Part shown: piece after piece, positions 9,382-19,556 of the stretch
Position numbering within the stretch: the first letter of the stretch is position 1
Layout: each line of letters opens with the position of its first letter
Assembly (NCBI GenBank): GCA_002633005.1
Contig: NMRA01000027.1
Span: 91,436 to 123,834 of the forward strand
DNA: 32,399 bases
From: Phoronis australis
Taxonomy: Eukaryota; Animalia; Phoronida
Direction of reading: 5' to 3'
Made by a program: the position numbers and the translations under genes
The notes under the pieces: model-generated
The model's input: only the letters and a program-made list of their open reading frames with translations
The model's database searches: none
What the model was told of the DNA's origin: nothing

Positions 9382-11412
9382 TTTCAACGGTCAGTGTTTC
9401 TGCAATCGGCGCACAAAATAGTTCGAATTTGGCCTGCCCCGACGAGCGCGAAAATTTGCAAGTTTCCCCACTAAGGAAAAAGGCCGATTGCCTACAAACT
9501 TACCGATCAAAGTCATTTTTTATTTCCCGACTTCTGTATCTCCCTTTGTTCGAAAATAAAAAGACACACGATTTAAAAACGGTTTGTTTTTCGGAAATCG
9601 TTGGATTTTGGCTTACCCCAACAAGCGAAAATGCACGAGTTTCTAGACACTGTGGTCGAAGGATTATTGCTGATATACTAATTGGGTTTCTTTCCATTAC
9701 CCGACACAGTAGACATCCCTCGGTTAGCAAGCAGAAAGAAACTAGACTTTCAACTTTTAGTTCTTCGGCAATTGGCGCAGGTAATAGTGCAAATTTGGCC
9801 TGTCCCCACGAATGCGAAAAGTTGCGAGTTTCCCCGCCTTAGGTAAAAGGCCGATTGCCTGAAAACTAAAGTTAAATGTCCTTTTTTATTCCCCGACCCT
9901 TTGCGTCTCCCTTCGCGCGGAAATAGAAAGACACCCCTTTCAGCGGTTAATTTATCAGCAGCCGGGGCACGAATTCGAGCGATTTAGGCCTACCCCAACG
10001 AGCTCGAAAATACACGAGTTTCTACGCCCTCTGGTAAAAGGTCTATTACTGACAAACTAACCGTTGAAATTCCGTTTTTTCCACTCTCCGACCCCGTGCA
10101 CATCAGTCGGTTCGCAAGTAAAAAGCAACTGGAATTTCTACGGTTAGTTTTTCAGCAATTGTTCGAATTTGGCGTACAACGATGAGCGCAAAATTTTGCG
10201 AAATTCCTTGCCTCAGGTTATAACCGATTGCCTACAAACTAACTGTTAAAAATAATTTTTCCCCAGCCTTTGTGTCTCTCTTGGTTCGAAAATAGGAGGG
10301 AATCCGACTTTTGAAAGGTTAGTTTGTCACCAATTGGCGCACGAAGTCGCACGACTTGGGCCTACCGCAACGAACTCGAATTGCGCTAGTTTCTACTCTC
10401 TGAGGTTAAACGTTTTTTGGTCGCAAACTTACCATTGAAAGTCGGGCTTTGTTCCACTCCCCGACCCCATGCTCCTCCCTCGGTTCGCATACAGAAGGAC
10501 AGCCGACTTTAAATTGTTAGTTTTTCAGCAATTGGAGTAGAAGTTCATGCAATTTTTGCCTACTCCAACGAGTGCGAAAATGCACAAGTTTCTCCGCCCT
10601 CGACTGTGGGGTCTATTGCCGACAAACTAATCGTTGAAAGTCCGGGTTTGTTCCACTCCCCGACCCCTTGCACATCCCTCGGTTGCCAAGTACAAAGAAA
10701 CTGGACTTTCAATGGCTATTTTTTCGGCAATCAGCTAACGAAATAGTGCCAATTTAGAATATCCCGACAAGAGCGAAAATTTGCGATTTTCCTGCTGATT
10801 GCCTAGTAAGTCGTTTGTTTTCAATCCCCTACCCTGTGCGACTACCGTAGTTCGGAATTAGAACGACACCGGATTTTCAATGGTTAGTTTTTTAGCAATC
10901 GGCGCAAGATTTCGCGCAAATTCGACCTAACCGAACGAGGTAAAAAATGTGCGAGTTTCTGCCCTGTGGTAAAGGTCCACTGCTCTAAAGTCGGGTTTTT
11001 CCACTTTCCAACCCCGTACACCTCTTTTGGTTCGCAAATAGAAAGAAATTGGTCTTCCAAACACTAGTTCTTTGGGTATCAGTGAATGAAATAATGCGAA
11101 CCCCGACGAGCGCAGGGGACTGTTCCAAGAAACTGACTTAAGTTCATTTTTGACTTAACCTTAAGATTTGTCTTAACTTCCGAACTTTGAAACTTCCACA
11201 TTCGGTAAGTTAGTCAAAATTAAGACAAAACTGATATCAACCACTTATGTCAAACTTAAGATCTCATTGTTGAATTGAGTTTGAGACAAATTTAACTTTT
11301 ATTTTAAAATTTACTAAAATTTGAAATTTGTCTTAGCTAAGCCAGTTTTGTTGAAACGGGCCACAGGCTTTCAACGGTTAGTTCTTCGGCAATCAGCACA
11401 CAGAATAGTGCG
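9382..11412 (+). repeat. Old, diverged array of a ~200-bp satellite related to the 198-bp satellite (about 10 monomers, two largely alternating variants)
   Basis: Recurrent TTTCAACGGTTAGTTTTTCGGCAAT.GGCGCA and ATTGCC.ACAAACTAACCGTTGAAA motifs at ~200-bp spacing, in the same order and orientation as in the 16.6-32.4 kb array. Confidence 0.85.
11116..11363. mobile_element. MITE, PIF/Harbinger-like (248 bp)
   Basis: The left end GGGACTGTTCCAAGAAACTGACTTA resembles the reverse complement of the right end, TGGCCCGTTTCAACAAAACTGGCTTA. CAG flanks both sides (11113-11115, 11364-11366). The interior is AT-rich. Confidence 0.65.
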
Positions 11413-11699
11413 TTCTTCCTGACTCTTTATTTTCGTGCCACCTTTTTGGAATGTCATTCTTCAAACGTTTGTTGTAGAGGAGTGTACTGTGCATAATTAT
11501 TTCAACGGACATTGATTGGACCTGGGTGTAAGTACTCGTGTTTCGTGATACAAAGTAGTTTAATTGCCTTCGTTAGTTTTCCTCTGTTCTGTCTGTGTAT
11601 TTAACGTCGTTTTGAGGGCTTGTAATTAATATACGTCCTTTGCCCGTCGCCATTTTTTCGGGGAATGGGCTCGTTATCTACATCTTGTAGCATTATGCA

Positions 11700-13219
11700 A
11701 AGTGTTAATTTGAACATTATAGTTATGCCTAACAACCGTGCCCAAGATGTGAAACGATAAGTTTTCAAAGGAAAAGATGCTTAGTGACAAGAGTTATTTT
11801 GATGACTACAAGGCTTTTATCGACAACTTGTTCACACAGGGTTACGCTGAAAAGGTCCCTCCTCACGAAGTTCAGTGTGACGGTGGTGCAGTCTTGTATT
11901 TGCCACACCAAGTTTTTATTCATCCCCTCAAGAGTAAACTATAAAATATAAATAATATTCGACTGTGCATCCAAATATAAAACTATTTCACTGTATGATT
12001 AACTAATCCAAGGGCCAGGCCTTACTAATTCTGCCTTCGGTGTATTGCTACAGGTTTGCGACGGTCCTGTCGTGCATATGGCGGACATCGAAACGATGTT
12101 CTATCAGATGTGTGTGCCAGAGTTTAACCGCGACTATCTCAGATTTTTGTGGTGGCCGGATGGTTTATCTACACATTGTTCCAGAAGACTGACATATGGC
12201 TGTTCATTTGTTCGGGGCTTCGTCATTGCCAAGCGTCGCCAATTATTTCCTTCGGGAGACGTCTGACAATTGTAACCTCTCAGTTGACGATCTTTTACGT
12301 CGGCGACTGCCTTAAAGCTGTAGCCAATGGCGCAGTAGCCACTGAGTTGGTTAAGAAGTTGTGTTTCTCTTGTGCCAGTGGTAACTTTCGTCTAACAAAG
12401 TTCACTAGTAACGGTCATGCTGTATTGAATTTTATTCTTGCCAAGGAACGCTCTGGAGAGATACAGACGATAAATTTGGGTTGTGATGACCTACTCAACG
12501 AGCAAGCTTTAGACATTCAGTGGAAGATTTCTTCTGATCTTATTAGTTTTACTATATCCGTGGAAAAGAAATCGCTTACTGGAAGACATCTCTTGTCGAC
12601 GATTGCATCAGTGTTCATCCCTCTCCTTATTTTGGCACCGTTTGAACTTTCGGCCAAGAAGATCCTGAAAGACTTATGCAAAGAGACATTCCAGAGTCTC
12701 ACAAGTCTCGGTGGTTGAAGTGGTTGAGTGAATTACCCCGGATGGAAGAAGGTTCCTATTGGGGCCATTACGTCTCAGACGATTTCGGTCCCATAGTTTC
12801 ATGTCAGTTACATGTATTTTCTGACACAAGCACTAGTGGTGATGGATGTTGTGCGTATTTGAAACTTACTAATGTCAGTTACCATGCTCATTGCTGTCTC
12901 GTTTCAGGGAAGAGTAGAGTGGTTCCGTTAAGACGGATGACTATCCCTAAGCTGGAGTTAATTGCTGCTGCTGTGTCCCTTCAAATTGGACGAATGGGAT
13001 TGGACCTGCCACCCAGCAATGTGACGTACCATACGGATTCTATGTCTGTAATGTATTACCTGCATAGTACCAGCGGGCAATTTCCAGTATTTGTTACTTA
13101 CCGCACACTTCTGTGACCCTTCCCAGTGGAAGTATGTAAAGAGTGAGAGTAATCTGGCGTATTATTTATCAAGTGGAATGCACGCTCAGAAGTTTCTCCA
13201 TGATAGCAAGTAGCAGCAT
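11700..13219 (+). mobile_element. BEL/Pao LTR retrotransposon pol remnant, part 1 (RT and RNase H)
   Basis: Motifs in order: MPNNRAQ; GYAEKVP; YLPH; IFDCAS; QGPGLTNS; ADIETMFYQ...RDYLRFLWW; LFGASS; FYVGDCL (YVDD); QLHVFSD; KSRVVPL..TIPKLEL; TDS; QWKYVKSESN. Multiple stops and frameshifts. Confidence 0.93.
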
Positions 13220-13248
13220 ATATTCAAGAAAACAACAACGGTTTTAAA

Positions 13249-13294
13249 ACTTGACATGTTTCGGTGTCATTTATTAAACACCATCCTCAGAAGT
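13249..13294 (-). ncRNA. Minimal type I hammerhead ribozyme in the PLE 3' terminal region
   Basis: The minus strand reads ACUU CUGAGGA U GGUGUU UAAUAAAU GACACC GAA ACAUGU C AAGU. This gives stem I ACUU/AAGU, the CUGANGA box, a 6-bp stem II, the GAAA box, a palindromic ACAUGU stem III and a GUC cleavage triplet. Confidence 0.85.
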
Positions 13295-13377
13295 GATAAT
13301 ACAGTGGCCACCTAGCTAGGCCCAGCAACAAGTAATGGGAAGCACAGATACAGTCAGTTACAGGGAGTGACAATGAA

Positions 13378-13752
13378 CTAGACCAACAATGACAGCCTGT
13401 GGTTTGTCAGTTGCCTATTGAGATTGGGCTTGCACCAACTGATGTGTAAAGCCTCACGAATTTTAAGCTCCTGTGTTGTTACTGCCTGGTCTATTATTGC
13501 AAAGTCATTGAAAGAGAACTGCTGATAACAATGATTGGAGCTCTGTAGGTGAATACTTACATGTGAATTTCTGTCAGAATTTAGATGTTCCTTGGTCCTG
13601 GTTTTCAAATGGCGAACAGTTTCGCCTATATAACTGGAGCCACATCCAGCACAGATAAATTTGTATACTACCTTGGACCGTAGACCCATAGAAATTTTGT
13701 CCTTACGGTTAAATAAATTCCACGGTTTTAGAGACTTGAATGTTAATAACAA
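13378..13752 (-). pseudogene. GIY-YIG (Uri) endonuclease domain of the Penelope-like element
   Basis: VVYKFICAGCGSSYIGET..R..EH, with the CxxC typical of PLE endonucleases. Confidence 0.9.
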
Positions 13753-14310
13753 CTCTTAAGTTCACACAGTAATCATTCACCAATTTGTTGAGTTTTCGCT
13801 GTGCAATTTTGGCATAAAACCCAACATAGGGTATTTTAAAGTACTTGTAGTTAGTTTTGTCTACAGGATGAACATCATCAGGGTTACGTTGGAGTCTTGC
13901 TTTCAGTACCCTATTGACTAATTCTAGGAGATAGCCATTCTTTTGCAAATTCGTTGTAAGTTCTTTAATATTAGAATCAAATCTAGCCCAAGTGTTGTTC
14001 ATGCGATATACCCTGTCTAATGAGACTTACTTTAAAGGATGTGAAGCTATGAAAACAAGTGTACAGTCCTGTGTAGATCTTCTTATGAAATACTGATGTT
14101 ATCACTGAGATACCCTCACGATCTACTAACACGTCCAGAAATGGCAAAATGTTATCGACCTCTAATTCTATACTGAATTTCAAATTAGGATGCCTCGAGT
14201 TTAAATACACCAAAAATTCCTGCTGATTTTCAAATAAACAAAACGCATCATCTACATATCATCGATAGAAATAGATGTGAGGACCAGTGTATGTCTCAAT
14301 CCATGGTGAC

Positions 14311-14958
14311 CTAAAACATGCCAGCTAGTATGGGAGCCAAAGGTGAACCCATTGCTATACAATCAATTTGGTTAAAAACCTCCCCATTAAATACAAAATG
14401 GGATTTGCTGGTAGCAAATTTGAATAGCTCCATTAGTTCAGCTCGAGTAATCTTTACACTGGGATTGTTTTTCATTATATAGTCAGTAGCCAAAGATATA
14501 CATTCGTCCACAGGTAGGTTAGTAAACAAATTCGCAATGTCAAAAGAAGCCATGAATCGATTCCTGAGAACTTGACCCCGAACCTCAGAAACAAAAGAGA
14601 ATGTATCACCTGTGTAGTCCTCATTTATATGTGGTTTGAATAGCTTACATAGGTACTTGGCAAGATTGTAATTGAAAGTATTCACAGATGACACAATAGG
14701 TCTAAATGGAGGGATGGAATCCTCTGTCTGTTTGTGTATTTTTGGTAGGCCATATAGTCTACCTGGCTGTGAACCTTGTGGATACAAATAGTTGTACATT
14801 TCAGTATCTAAACGACCATCATTCTTAATTTTGCGTAAAAACCTCTGCAGTTGTCCTTCTCTAGTTAGTGTAGGATCTGCTTTGACACGTCTAAACTTCG
14901 ATACATTACTCAAAATTTCATTCAAAGATTTGACATAATCATTGCGATTTAAAATCAC
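14311..14958 (-). pseudogene. Penelope-like reverse transcriptase, N-terminal part
   Basis: 215-aa ORF with LYGLPKIHK, RPIVS, SFDIANLFT and AMGSPLAP motifs. Confidence 0.9.
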
Positions 14959-14974
14959 TTTTGTCTGGACGCTA

Positions 14975-15690
14975 AAATGTTTCCTGCTCTGGATGGTCCC
15001 TGTAGCGGAACCAGGCTTCAGACGATCTCTGACTGTGACGGCGTTTTCTGGTGTTTTTTGAAAAACTGATATCCCACTACTCGTGTTGGACAGCTCTGAA
15101 AAAGGCTGCAGTTGTTTTTAAAAGATTGAAATCGTTGTTGTCCCGTCGCTTGCTGCAATGAAGTGTCCATGATCATGGTGAGGTTCATGTATCGTCTCCC
15201 TTCAGTGTTGGAGATATGGGTCAAGCGGAGGCATCTATTTTGAAATTTACACATCGTTTGCATTTTCAGCCTTTCTGACGCTAGACACAGCAAGAAATCA
15301 ACATCACTCATTCGTCTTCATCCGTTCAACTAAGATGGCTTGGTTCGTGCAGGCGGACAATTTAGAAAATTCCAACTCAACGAGGATATGAGGCATCCTA
15401 TCATACTGCCCGTAAGAGCCACGTGACCACTTTCTTGAATCCACACGTCCATGAAACTTTAGGGCACGCTGTCCTAAACCGAAATATTGGGTTGTGGCAA
15501 CCAACGCCGCTGTTCGCAACGATCTAAACAGATGTGTAGTGTGCCGACGTCTTTGAAGTCATTTTTGTGAACATAAGATGGTCGACCTGTAAGAGGAGCG
15601 TACTGCAGCACAGTTTACGTACACGGGTACGGGCATGTTTTGAACGTTTCATGTGAAAGAAGGTCGAACTATTCCCAAGCGTTATAGTGT
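14975..15690 (+). mobile_element. BEL/Pao pol remnant, part 2 (linker and integrase N-terminus), truncated
   Basis: LISHYSCWTALKKA; SLIRLHPF..GLVRAGG...RHPIILP; KYWVV...VR...CVVCRR (Zn finger); KMVDL...FTYTG..F..FHVKEGR...KRY. Confidence 0.9.
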
Positions 15691-15733
15691 TAGGGTTGGG
15701 GTTCGGGGTTTGGGAAAAGGGTTAAGATTAGAG
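15689..15733 (+). repeat. Short telomere-like tract
   Basis: GTTAGGGTTGGGGTTCGGGGTTTGGGAAAAGGGTTAAGATTAGAG begins exactly where the Pao integrase stops. Confidence 0.7.
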
Positions 15734-15773
15734 TTTTCCGGTAACATACGTTTTAAACGAGGACGCAGAATGT

Positions 15774-16570
15774 CTAGTCAGTTGGCACCGTGTGGCCTTG
15801 ACAAGTAGTCAGTTGGCAGCGGATGTCCTGGACCGGTGGTCAGTTGACAAGGTGTGTCCCGGACAGGTAGACAGTTGGCAGCGGGTATCCTGTACAGGTA
15901 GTCAGTTGGCACCGTGTCTCCTGGATATTTAGTCAGTCGGCAGCGGATGTTCTGGACAGGCAGTCAGATGGCATCGTGCGTCCTGGACAGGTAGTCAGTT
16001 GGCACCTTGTGTCCTGGATATTTAGTCAGTTGGCAGCGGATGTTCTGGACAGGTAGTTAGATGGCACCGTGTGTCCTGGACAGGTAGTCGGTTGGCAGCA
16101 GGTGTCCTGTACAGGTAGTTAGTTGGCACCTTGTGTCTTTGACAGTGGTCATTTGGCAGCGGGTGTCCTGGACCGGTAGTCAGTTGGCACCATCTGTCCT
16201 GGAAAAGTAGTGAGTTGGCACCGTGGGTCCTGGACAGGTAGTGAGTTGGCAGCGGGTGTCCTGGACAGGTAGTTAGTTGGCAGCAGGTGACCTGGACCGG
16301 TATTGAGTTGGCATTGTATGTCCTGGTTCGGTAGTTAGTTCGCACCGTGTGTCCTGGACACGTAGTTANTGCATTTAATTGGTAATGTTTGTCCTGGACA
16401 GATAGTCATTTCGCAGCGGGTGTCCTGGACAAGTCGTCTGTTGGCACCGTGTGTCCTGGACATTTAGTCAGTTGGCACAGTGTACAGTGTCTCCTGGACA
16501 AGTAGTTAGTTGGCACCGTGTGTCCTGGACAGGTAGTCTGTTGGCACCGCGTATTCTGGTCACGTAGTAG
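15774..16570 (+). repeat. 31-bp minisatellite, array 1 (about 25 units)
   Basis: Consensus GTAGTCAGTTGGCACCGTGTGTCCTGGACAG, with an alternating variant ...GGCAGCGGGTGTCC... N at 16369. Confidence 0.95.
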
Positions 16571-16571
16571 A

Positions 16572-18664
16572 ACCGACTTTCATTTGTTGAGTTTTCGTCA
16601 ATAGGCGCAAAAACTGGCACGGCTTTGCCCTACCACGAAAACTGAGAATTTTCCAGAGATTCCTCACTTCAAATGTCTATTGCCGGAAAACTAACAGTTG
16701 AAAATAGATGCCGTTCCGTTCCTAGGTCTTCTGGCCCTCTCTCAGTACAGAAAAAGAAAGAACCCAACTTTTATTAGTTGAGTTTTTATCAATCGGCGCA
16801 AAACCTTGCAAAACTTTGCCCTACCACGAAAAACCGAGAATTTTCCGGAGATTCCGCCTAATCACTTGAAATGTCTGTTGCCGGAAAACTAACCGTTGAA
16901 AATAGATGCCGTTCTGTTCCTAGGTCGTTTGGCCCTCTCTCAGTATAGAAAAAGAAACAAACCGACTTTCTTTTGTTGAGTTTTCGTAAATTGGTGCAAA
17001 ACCTTGTACTCATGAAAAACCGAGAATTTTTCGGAGACTGCGCCTCCTCACTTGAAACGTCTTTTGCCGGAAAACTAACAGTTGAAAATAGATGCCGTTC
17101 CGTTCATAGGTCTTCTGGCCCTCTCTCAGTACAGAAAAAGAAAGAACCCGACTTTTATTAGTTGAGTTTTTATCAATCGGCGCAAAACATTGCAAAACTT
17201 TGCTCTACCACGACAAACCGAGAATTATCAGGAGATTCCGCCTCCACAATTGAAACTTCTATTTCCGGAAAACTAACCATTAAAAATAGATGCCGTTCCA
17301 TTCCTAGGTCATCTGGCCCTCTCTCAGTACAAAAACAGAAAAAAACGACTTTCATTTGTTGAGTTTTCGTCAATCGGTGCAAAACCTTGCACGACTTTGC
17401 CGTACCACGAAAAACCGAGAATTTTCCGGAGATTCCGCCTCATCAATTGAAATGTCTATTGCCGGAAAATTAACCGTTGAAAATAGATGCCGTTCTGTTC
17501 CTAGGTCGTTTGGCCTTCTCTCTGTATCGAAAGAGAAACAAACCGACTTTCTTTTATTGAGTTTTCCTCAAAATGCGCAAAACCTTGCACGACCCTGCCC
17601 TACCCCAAAAAGACCGAGAATTTTACGGAGATTCCACGGCCTCATTTCAAACGTCTATTGCCGGAAATTAACCATTGAAAATCGATGCCCCACCGAAAAA
17701 CAAATTGACTTTCAACAGTTGGGTTTTCGTCAATCGGGTCAAAACCCAGCACGACTTTGCACTACCCCGAAAAACTGAGAATTTTACTTAGATCCCGCAT
17801 CCTCAAATCAAACGTCTATTGCTGGAAAACTAACCGTTGAATATCGATGACCCTCCATTCCTAGGTCCTCTGGCCCTCACGCAGTAGTGGAAAAGAAAAA
17901 ATTGACTTTCAACGGTTGGGATTTCGTCAATCGGCGAAAAACCCAGCACGACTTTGCCGAACCCCGAAAAATCGAGAATTTTAAGGAGATTCCGCCTCCT
18001 CACTTGAAACGCCTATTGCCGGAAAACTAAACGTTGAAAATCGATGCCCCTCCATTCCTAGGTCCTCTGGCCCTCACTCAGTAGTGGAAAAGAAAAAATT
18101 GACATTCAACGGTTGGGAATTCGTCAATCGGCGCAAAACCCCGCACAACATTACCCTACCACGAAAAACCGAGAATTTTACGGAGATTCCACCTACTCGC
18201 TTCAAACGTCTATTGCCGGAAAACTAACCATTGAAAATCGATACCCCTCCGTTTCTAGGTCCTCTGGCCCTCCCTCAGTAGAAGAAAAGAAAAAAATTGA
18301 CTTTCCGCCTCCTCAGTTCAAACGTCTACTGCCGGAAAATTAAAAGTTGAAAAGTGGTGCCCCTTCGTTCATAGATCTTCTGACCCTTCTTCAGTAGAGG
18401 AAAAGAAAAAAAAATTGACTTTCAACAGTTGGGTTTTCGTCAATTGGCGCAAAACCCCGCACGTCTTTGCACAACACCGAAAATTCGAGAATTTTACTGA
18501 GATTCCGCCTCCTCAGTTCAAACGTCTGTTGCCGGAAAACTAACCGTTGAAAATCGGTGACCCTCCGTTGATAGGTCCTCTGGCCCTCCTTCAGTAGAGG
18601 AAAAAAAAGCGACTTTCAACAGTTGGGTTTTCTTAAATTTGCGCAAAAACCCGCACGTCTTTGC
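16572..18664 (+). repeat. 198-bp satellite, block 1 (about 11 monomers)
   Basis: Tandem monomers GACTTTCA...CAATCGGCGCAAAACC...GAGAATTTT..GGAGATTCCGCC...TATTGCCGGAAAACTAACCGTTGAAAAT...CCTAGGTC.TCTGGCCCTC..TCAGTA..A-tract. The block ends at an N. Confidence 0.95.
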
Positions 18665-18665
18665 N

Positions 18666-19555
18666 ATTGTCAGTTGGCACCTTGTGTCCTGGAGAGTTAG
18701 TCAATTTGCAGTTGGTGTCCTGGACAGATAGTCAGTTGGCACCTTGTGACCTGGTCAGGTAGTCAGTTGGCACCGTGGGTCGTGGACAAGTATTGAGTTG
18801 GCAGCGGGTGTCCTGGACAGGTAGTCAGTTGTCAGATGGTGTCCTGGACCGGTAGGCAGTTGGCACCGTGTCTCCTGTACAGGTAGTCGGGTGGCAGCAG
18901 GTTCCTTGTACAGGGATTTCAGTTGGCACGGTGTGTCCTGGACACGATGTCATTTGCACCGTGTGTCCTGGACAGGTAGTCAATTGGCACATTGTGTCCT
19001 GGACCGGTAGTCAGTTGGAAGCGATTGTGCTGGACAGGTAGTCATTTCGCAGCGGGTGTCCTGGGCAGGTAGTCAATTGGGGCCGTGTGTACTAGACAGG
19101 TAGTCAGTTGGCACCGTGTCTCCTTGACAAGTAGTGAATTGGCACCGTGAGAGGTAGTCAGGTGGCAGCGGGTTTCGTGCACAGGTAGTCAGTTGGCACC
19201 GTTTGAGCTGTACAGCAGGCACTGTGTGTCCTGCACAGGTAGTCAGTTGGAACTGTGGGTCCTGGATTGGTAGTTATTTGGGAGCGGCTGTCCTGGACAG
19301 GTAGTCAGTTGACAGCAGGTGACTTTGAGCGGCATTTAATTGGTAATGTTTGTCCTGGACAGATAGTCATTTCGCAGCGGGTGTCCTGGACAAGTCGTCT
19401 GTTGGCACCGTGTGTCCTGGACATTTAGTCAGTTGGCACATTGTCTCCTGGAGAAGTAGTTAGTTGGCACCGTGTGTCCTGGACAGGTAGTCTGTTGGCA
19501 GAGGGTGTCCTGGACCGGTAGTCAGTTGGCACCGCGTATTCTGGTCACGTAGTAA
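18666..19555 (+). repeat. 31-bp minisatellite, array 2 (about 28 units)
   Basis: Same consensus as 15774-16570. Confidence 0.95.
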
Positions 19556-19556
19556 A

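Larger units (their letters stand above)
13220..14972 (-). mobile_element. Penelope-like element (RT plus C-terminal GIY-YIG endonuclease), 5'-truncated and frameshifted
   Basis: Motifs in order: PDK..VILNRNDY; LYGLPKIHK...PFRPIVS; SFDIANLFTNLP; IAMGSPLAPILA; YVDD (14247-14258); HPNLKFSIELE...LPFLDV; IPYVG; VVYKFICAGCGSSYIGETVRHLKTRTKEH...EALHI...PNLN. Confidence 0.95.

Noticed and set aside
11413-11700. Possible 5' LTR of the Pao element
   Set aside because: No second copy, primer-binding site or convincing TG...CA boundaries in the window, and gag/protease are missing.
15018-15519. Minus-strand ORFs 15018-15311 and 15304-15519 as the upstream part of the Penelope ORF
   Set aside because: The plus strand here carries clear Pao pol motifs, so these are antisense shadows.
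15774-19555. 31-bp repeats resembling a CRISPR array
   Set aside because: The units are head to tail with no unique spacers, there are no cas genes, and the context is eukaryotic retroelements.
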